Below are positions 59,061-64,000 of a stretch of 64,000 nt of DNA, one piece after another. Where the stretch lies: positions 41,491-105,490 of IMG/VR virus record IMGVR_UViG_3300021425_003021. One strand, written 5' to 3'. Numbering within the stretch: position 1 is the first letter of the stretch; each line of letters begins with the position of its first letter. A program made the translations under genes and the position numbers. Source of the stretch: a virus. The notes beneath the pieces are model-generated. The model saw only the letters and a list, made by a program, of their open reading frames with translations, searched no databases and was not told the origin of the DNA.

Positions 59061-59089
59061 ATATTAGCAGTTAGATTAAACTACGTCAA
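59061..59089 (-). promoter_or_regulatory. sigma70-type promoter TTGACG-N17-(TGn)TAATAT
   Basis: Upstream of an AAGGA SD and ATG 59025. Confidence 0.55.
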
Positions 59090-59468
59090 CCTTTTTGTAA
59101 AGTTTACGAATGTTTACACGGTCTTCAAATCCAATGCCTTGCTTCCAGAGAAAGTAATCAAAGTCTTGATCACAATCAATATCGTCGCCTTCTGCATCAG
59201 CAAGGAACTCTATAGCCTTTTTCCAGTTGCAATCACAAAACCGCATAGTTGCTGCAACTTGCTTGCGAAACTCTGCAAGATTATCAGCTTCGATACGAGC
59301 TTCTTCCTTTTGGTTATACTCCATAGTAGAAACCAAACTATCCCAGACTTCTTGCTTCTCAGCAGGTGTGTACTCTGCCCAGTCATCAAAGAAACGCTGT
59401 GTAGGACGGAACCCATATGCATCTTTGTGTAGATCTGAAATAATGTTATCTTCATAAGTGTAAGACAT
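59076..59468 (-). CDS. hypothetical protein (early-gene-like)
   Basis: 130 aa (SDLHKDAYGFRP motif) with its own promoter and a GAGGG SD. Confidence 0.6.
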   Translation of the reverse strand: MSYTYEDNIISDLHKDAYGFRPTQRFFDDWAEYTPAEKQEVWDSLVSTMEYNQKEEARIEADNLAEFRKQVAATMRFCDCNWKKAIEFLADAEGDDIDCDQDFDYFLWKQGIGFEDRVNIRKLYKKVDVV

Positions 59469-59504
59469 TTTGTAACCCTCTTTGTCTTGTTGCCCTATAT
59501 ATAT

Positions 59505-59533
59505 AATATAGCGTAACTTACATCAAAGGTCAA
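59505..59533 (-). promoter_or_regulatory. sigma70-type promoter TTGACC-N17-TATATT
   Basis: Read on the - strand upstream of ATG 59468. Confidence 0.55.
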
Positions 59534-59760
59534 CCTTTTTTATTTAATTTAATAGAAAAACTTCCAGGATTATTTGGTGTTTGTTTGCATTCTCTAATGC
59601 GTGGATGATTTCTTGCCCAAGTTTCAAACTCACGCATCATAGCACCCTGTCCTGTAATTACTGTGCATTTTTTATGCCCAGCAAAGTATGCCTCGGTTAT
59701 TCTACTGTTAAAGTGTTGCCAAGCAGTGTGGATATGATATCCGTGTAAATCAATCCTCAT
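59530..59760 (-). CDS. stand-alone Smr (small MutS-related) domain protein
   Basis: IDLHG, VITGQG and N.GS..I.L in 76 aa. Confidence 0.75.
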   Translation of the reverse strand: MRIDLHGYHIHTAWQHFNSRITEAYFAGHKKCTVITGQGAMMREFETWARNHPRIRECKQTPNNPGSFSIKLNKKG

Positions 59761-60139
59761 CCTTCTTTGACCTTGACATTGCTTTTGTTAAGCCGTATTT
59801 ACGTAAATCTCCGCTGAATAGAGTAAGTTCAACAGCTTTACGTTCATTTGTAACTGTAATGCTTCTATTTGTTAAGTAGTATGGGCAATCAATAAACTGA
59901 TCTAAAAAAATAATCACTTGTGTAGTCAAAGGCATTTCACGGGGATAAGGTATATCATATGTTGTTAAGCCTATTTCCATTATTGTTTCATATCCTTGAT
60001 CCGTTAGTCTTAATCCACCCTTTTCTTTATTACGGGTATTATACCACCATAATGGAAGATATTGCTGTACAGAAATATCACTATAAGTTTTTCCTAACTC
60101 TTTTAAAAAAATTTTTGTGTAAGTAGTTTTATTACTCAT
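59750..60139 (-). CDS. hypothetical protein
   Basis: 129 aa (WW.N.R...GGLRLT, CPYY). Overlaps its neighbours. Confidence 0.6.
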   Translation of the reverse strand: MSNKTTYTKIFLKELGKTYSDISVQQYLPLWWYNTRNKEKGGLRLTDQGYETIMEIGLTTYDIPYPREMPLTTQVIIFLDQFIDCPYYLTNRSITVTNERKAVELTLFSGDLRKYGLTKAMSRSKKDED

Positions 60140-60423
60140 TAATCAATATGTTCACCTTCGACTAATTTAACCACTGTAAATTCATCTGTTTTGAACATTT
60201 CATTTAATTTTTTTGCTAGATTGTGTGCGTGACCTGGATTACTAAAACTTGTTTTTTTATATTTAGGTCCTGGATAATTTGTTAAAGCATTACTGCTTTT
60301 CAAATTAAATGGTTTACTTTTGTAAAATACAGCCCAGATTGCATCTGCTTCTAAAACTTGTTCACATTTATATGTAACGCTGTTGGTAAATTCTAACAAC
60401 ACAGTTGGCTTTGGTCTGCTCAT
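60139..60423 (-). CDS. hypothetical protein
   Basis: 94 aa (MSRPKP...GPKYKK.SFSNPGHA) with an AAGGA SD. Confidence 0.65.
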   Translation of the reverse strand: MSRPKPTVLLEFTNSVTYKCEQVLEADAIWAVFYKSKPFNLKSSNALTNYPGPKYKKTSFSNPGHAHNLAKKLNEMFKTDEFTVVKLVEGEHID

Positions 60424-60460
60424 ATGCGTATCCTTATATATAATATACGCATATATTTAT
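60422..60460 (-). promoter_or_regulatory. late-type motif ATAAATA plus a 10-bp hairpin covering the start codon
   Basis: Inverted repeat ATATGCGTAT (60422-60431) / ATACGCATAT (60445-60454). ATAAATA at 60460-60454. Confidence 0.6.
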
Positions 60461-60483
60461 CTAATTAAAACATAGTTTAATAA

Positions 60484-60726
60484 TTATTTCCAGTCAGAAT
60501 CTGCACCAAATACAACTTCAATGTCTTCTAAAGAGCCGCCTGAATTTTCTTTTACAAATTTTTCTAAATCTCCATTTAATCTTGCCATTACAATGCCTAA
60601 TGTAAATGCTAGATTTTTTGCAGTATTAATATCCATCCTTAGTTCTCTAGCCCTGCTAGATTCAGCAGATTTAACCTGCTGAATGAACTGTTGTATACTA
60701 GTCGTATTTAGAGGTTCTATTGACAT
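60484..60726 (-). CDS. hypothetical protein
   Basis: 80 aa ORF within the co-directional run. Confidence 0.55.
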   Translation of the reverse strand: MSIEPLNTTSIQQFIQQVKSAESSRARELRMDINTAKNLAFTLGIVMARLNGDLEKFVKENSGGSLEDIEVVFGADSDWK

Positions 60727-61177
60727 TTGCTAATGCTGCTTTCATTTCAATTTCAGTTTTGTATGGGCCCATATATTCATTACGCTGCAATGTAATTAAT
60801 TTAGGACAATAACTTTTGAGCCAATTAACATTAAATTTAACCAAATAATACCCTGCACAATAAAGGCTTTTTGATTTTTCACTTTTTGTAAACAATGGTA
60901 ACTTGCTTTGCAAATCATACATACTATTGTATGGAGTTGATCTAGTAGGATAACCATGAACTTCTTTGTCAATTGTCATTTGATCTGGTATATTAGCTAC
61001 AAAAAGATTTTTTCCTAATTTACGTTTAAGTGCATTTTCATTTTTAAAGAAATCAATCTTTCCTTTTGCACTTACTACAAATCCATCATCTTCTTTAGCT
61101 AGAGTACCAATACGCACTCCTCCATCTTCAACTATCCAAAATTTGTCTTGTAAAATTGGTTTTGCTTTAATAGTCAT
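60698..61177 (-). CDS. hypothetical protein
   Basis: 159 aa (KFWIVE, LPLFTK..KSKS.YCAGYY, CPKLITL). Confidence 0.6.
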   Translation of the reverse strand: MTIKAKPILQDKFWIVEDGGVRIGTLAKEDDGFVVSAKGKIDFFKNENALKRKLGKNLFVANIPDQMTIDKEVHGYPTRSTPYNSMYDLQSKLPLFTKSEKSKSLYCAGYYLVKFNVNWLKSYCPKLITLQRNEYMGPYKTEIEMKAALANVNRTSKYD

Positions 61178-62151
61178 TTATACCTCGCTTGTAATGGTTC
61201 AGCATATTGTGCAGCATTATCTGCAACACGTTGAAGATCCCAACGGGCACAAAACTTCATAAGTCTCATACCTACTTGGCTTATATTCTTACTCTCTGCT
61301 GATTGGATAGTGTTATTTATTTCATTACGAATATGTTCAGGTTGTGCTGTTAAATCACATAATGTCACATTTCGATTGTAATCATCTAACACACGATGTT
61401 CTACACCTTCATGATCTACCCAACGTTGTAGCATCATATTGTTCCAGTTATAACCTTTTGTTTGTTTGTCTGCAAATGCTTCTAGCAGGCCTACTTTATT
61501 TTTAGTGCCTTTTTTGCGTACACCAGGATAAGCACTAAAGACATTGTCACTAGTATCGCCACGCATACATTTTTCAAACAACATATATTCAGGTTCAGGA
61601 GCAGCCTTTGGTTCTTTTGTTTTTTTATCTAATACACTAGCACCTTTATCATCAAAGTAACCATCTACTGTAATAGTTGTGTTACTCACACCGTTGTATT
61701 GACGTACATTAGGTGCAATCAATTGTGCAAAGTCGCCATCTGTTGAAATAATAACGTGATCATCATCTGGATGATTTTGTATCCAGCCAGCAATAAGATC
61801 ATCTGCTTCTAGTACAGGATTGTGCAATACAGTGCAGTTAGTTTTGTCTGTAACAAACTCTTTAAACTCATCAAAGATTTCCCAAAACACTTTATCTTCT
61901 TCTGCTTCACGTGGTGTAAGTGCATCACGTGCCTCTTTGCGGTTGCGTTTGTAAGGTTCATAATAGTCCTTGCGCCAACTGCGTCCTTCTAAGCAGAAAA
62001 CAACGTGCGAACCATTAAAGTCCTGCCACGCTTTTTTAATACTGTTTAGTGTAATGTGCATTGCCATACCTACTTTAGTGTCGATATCGCCACGTACAAC
62101 GTGACGAGCACGAAAGAATGTGTTAGCAGTGTCAATAAGAATATATGTCAT
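61174..62151 (-). CDS. rnh: T4 RNase H-like 5'-3' exonuclease (FEN family)
   Basis: ILID..N, SWRK..Y..YK.NR, EADD, STDGD..QL, GD.SDNV...GV. Confidence 0.85.
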   Translation of the reverse strand: MTYILIDTANTFFRARHVVRGDIDTKVGMAMHITLNSIKKAWQDFNGSHVVFCLEGRSWRKDYYEPYKRNRKEARDALTPREAEEDKVFWEIFDEFKEFVTDKTNCTVLHNPVLEADDLIAGWIQNHPDDDHVIISTDGDFAQLIAPNVRQYNGVSNTTITVDGYFDDKGASVLDKKTKEPKAAPEPEYMLFEKCMRGDTSDNVFSAYPGVRKKGTKNKVGLLEAFADKQTKGYNWNNMMLQRWVDHEGVEHRVLDDYNRNVTLCDLTAQPEHIRNEINNTIQSAESKNISQVGMRLMKFCARWDLQRVADNAAQYAEPLQARYK

Positions 62152-62345
62152 TAGAATGCCTCTTTGTAGCCTTGTTCAATAGCAGTATAGTATACAGCAG
62201 ACCCTTCGTCAAGTGAAAGTTTTTGTGTTAGATATTTGTAGGTATCTTTGTAAAAATCTACTTCAACTGACTCCTTACGGCGTCTTACTGCAAAGGCCAT
62301 ACTGTGATCGCCTTTGATCAGAATCATATTTTTTGCAATTTTCAT
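62151..62345 (-). CDS. small hypothetical protein
   Basis: 64 aa with ATGA and TAATG overlaps on the two sides. Confidence 0.5.
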   Translation of the reverse strand: MKIAKNMILIKGDHSMAFAVRRRKESVEVDFYKDTYKYLTQKLSLDEGSAVYYTAIEQGYKEAF

Positions 62346-62746
62346 GATACTTCACTTTTGCCTTTGTCTATTGGTACTACATTAATATAACCGGCTCCGC
62401 GGTTTGTGTCAAGACCTTCTTCTACCAACATATTATAAACAATATCTCTAAACCAACGGTCAACAATTTCTTCTTCTGGGTCGCCTTCTTCGCCATAGCC
62501 TGCTTGTAGTAGCTGTTGAATAAAGTACTTGTTCCAATCTAATTCAAAAAACCCATTGCGAACATTATCTTCGTTTACTTTTACATCTAGTACATTTACC
62601 CAAGGCTGTTTACGTCTAGTTGCGTATTCTTTTGGATCACGTGTTTTTAATTGCTCAAGTTCTTTTTCTTCTAGTGCAGCCTTTTCTTCAGCTATACGTT
62701 TTTCTTCTGCTTCAATACCAGTAACACGCTTTAACCATTGTTTCAT
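62342..62746 (-). CDS. hypothetical protein
   Basis: 134 aa (PWV.V...NGFFELDWN..F...GY). Confidence 0.6.
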   Translation of the reverse strand: MKQWLKRVTGIEAEEKRIAEEKAALEEKELEQLKTRDPKEYATRRKQPWVNVLDVKVNEDNVRNGFFELDWNKYFIQQLLQAGYGEEGDPEEEIVDRWFRDIVYNMLVEEGLDTNRGAGYINVVPIDKGKSEVS

Positions 62747-62812
62747 AATTGCTTCCTTATCTTTTCATATTGCTCTTCGGTGTGTATGCCTTTGTTATAT
62801 TTGGCAACTTCT

Positions 62813-63709
62813 TTAAGTTCCCCAGGCATTTCCGAATAAGCTGATGTGCAGTCTAGGGCTGAACCTCCACCCTCGTTCCATACAGAGGTTCGCCACCTCT
62901 TGTACGTTGAGAGTGTATTCTTCCGACCTACCCCCAAGCGGCATGAGATATACAGGAACGTCCACGCCTGCTGCACGATAGGTATCAACTGCTCTACCAA
63001 CTTCATCAACATCGTCTTGATCAGCAACAACAAACTTAAAATACATATCACTGCCATCAACACAGGAATACTCACGAGCAACATCAGGCTTAATAGCATC
63101 ATCCCAAGACTCACCTGAAACGGATAGCTTTGGTGAGCAGCTAAAAGTGAGCTGAATTCTTTCGTGACTGTTGAGATAGTTGTAGAAGTCATCGTGTAGA
63201 TGCTGTGTAGTGTTGGTTTCGATTGTGACATTTTTTAGATCCTGCATACCTGGGTGTTCAAATAGCTCGACATATAAACGCTGCCAAGCAAGTAATGGCT
63301 CGCCGCCTGTAAGGATAAGATGAACGTCCTGTCCATTATCCATAGTCCATTTGCCTTCAGGCAACAAACTAAGCAAGTGTTCTACTACTTCATCAATAGT
63401 TGCCAATTTGTTAAAGTCTTTAAACTCTGGATAGATACTTGCATATGTATCACAGCCTGTATGCACAATAGGCAAGTCTTCAAACTTTTCTGTTTTTTCT
63501 ACAATGCCATTGTCGAGCAATGCTTTTACTTCTGCATTGTAACGTTGACCTTCTGCGTGTTGTTTCCAGCGATCACCTACGCTTTTATCAACACCAAAAT
63601 TCATACAGCGAAAGTTACAACCAAAGGTGCGTAGAAATACACTGGGTACTCCTACAAATTTGCCTTCACCTTGCACACTGTAAAATGCTTCACTATATCT
63701 CAGTTTCAT
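62813..63709 (-). CDS. queE: 7-carboxy-7-deazaguanine synthase (radical SAM)
   Basis: YSE.FYSVQGEG..VG.PSVFLR..GCNFRC, GCDT, LTGGEP, IETN, SPKLS, KFVV, YLMP, R.SPRLH. Adjacent to folE. Confidence 0.85.
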   Translation of the reverse strand: MKLRYSEAFYSVQGEGKFVGVPSVFLRTFGCNFRCMNFGVDKSVGDRWKQHAEGQRYNAEVKALLDNGIVEKTEKFEDLPIVHTGCDTYASIYPEFKDFNKLATIDEVVEHLLSLLPEGKWTMDNGQDVHLILTGGEPLLAWQRLYVELFEHPGMQDLKNVTIETNTTQHLHDDFYNYLNSHERIQLTFSCSPKLSVSGESWDDAIKPDVAREYSCVDGSDMYFKFVVADQDDVDEVGRAVDTYRAAGVDVPVYLMPLGGRSEEYTLNVQEVANLCMERGWRFSPRLHISLFGNAWGT

Positions 63710-64000
63710 CTTGGTGCAAACTCCTGTTGTAGTTTAATGTTGTCAAAGAACTCTTTCTTTGTACCAGGATCAGTTTTAAATGCACCTTTTAATACACTAG
63801 TTTGTGTTAGACTGCTATGTGCCATAATGCCTCTATTCTCACAACACCCGTGTGTTGCTTGGATATAAACACCGCAGTCTGTTGCACCTGTAACCTTCAT
63901 AATCTCTTTGGCAATGTCCATAGCAAGTTCTTCTTGTAGTGTACCACGTCTTGCACACCATTGTGCAATGCGTGTATACTTGCTAAGTCCAATCAGTTTA
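63706..64000 (-). CDS. folE: GTP cyclohydrolase I, C-terminal part (5' end outside the window)
   Basis: The frame is open to the window end: LIGLSKYTRIAQWCARRGTLQEEL...ATHGCCENRG...TSVLKGAF...KKEFF. Confidence 0.88.
   Translation of the reverse strand, partial: KLIGLSKYTRIAQWCARRGTLQEELAMDIAKEIMKVTGATDCGVYIQATHGCCENRGIMAHSSLTQTSVLKGAFKTDPGTKKEFFDNIKLQQEFAPR

Noticed and set aside
59052-59457. Overlapping ORFs 59052..59432(+), 59210..59455(-) and 59227..59457(+)
   Set aside because: The frame 59076..59468(-) has the promoter, SD and natural composition. The others are shadows.
62830-63231. Upstream part of the 162-aa alternative-frame ORF overlapping queE
   Set aside because: It lies wholly inside the well-conserved queE frame and has implausible composition. 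Only its last 28 codons are kept as a possible microprotein.
1-64000. CRISPR array, tRNA/rRNA genes, IS elements, introns/inteins, stop-codon reassignment
   Set aside because: Intergenic gaps are short (mostly under 70 nt) with no repeat-spacer or cloverleaf patterns seen by eye. Genes are full length under the standard code with TAA, TAG and TGA all used as stops. A tRNA/covariance scan was not run.

Overview
This AT-rich window comes from a large tailed dsDNA phage (myovirus-like), not a bacterial chromosome, and has three parts. (1) 1-8.9 kb: a + strand block of Ser/Thr/Gly-rich virion genes (baseplate and tail-fibre-like proteins, one with a tail-collar domain), several preceded by a T4-late-like ATAAATA motif. 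(2) ~8.9-51.1 kb: a densely packed ~42-kb enzyme island. It encodes 10 radical SAM proteins in three architectures, about 9 2OG-Fe(II)/AspH-like oxygenases, about 6 glycosyltransferase-like proteins, a UDP-sugar dehydrogenase, a sugar nucleotidyltransferase, 2 QueC-like PP-loop ATPases, 2 Cys-rich nitroreductase-like proteins, 3 SDRs, 3 SGNH-like proteins, 2 PLP enzymes, 2 GNAT-like proteins, class I and SET methyltransferases, a sulfotransferase-like protein and a fatty-acid desaturase. One inverted fibre-like gene sits inside it. (3) 51.1-64 kb, - strand: an S8 protease with a cupredoxin domain, a fibre-like protein, hypotheticals, a VWA/metallopeptidase plus MoxR ATPase pair, a stand-alone Smr domain, an RNase H/5'-3' exonuclease, queE and partial folE. 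Regulatory signals are unusually legible: near-consensus sigma70 promoters, several placed to give leaderless mRNAs; late-type ATAA(A/G)TA motifs; a palindromic bidirectional promoter; and a start-codon-occluding hairpin. The best candidate for an undescribed system is the radical-SAM/oxygenase/glycosyltransferase island. I saw no tRNA, rRNA, CRISPR array or IS element. All functional calls rest on motifs recognised by eye; no database search was run.
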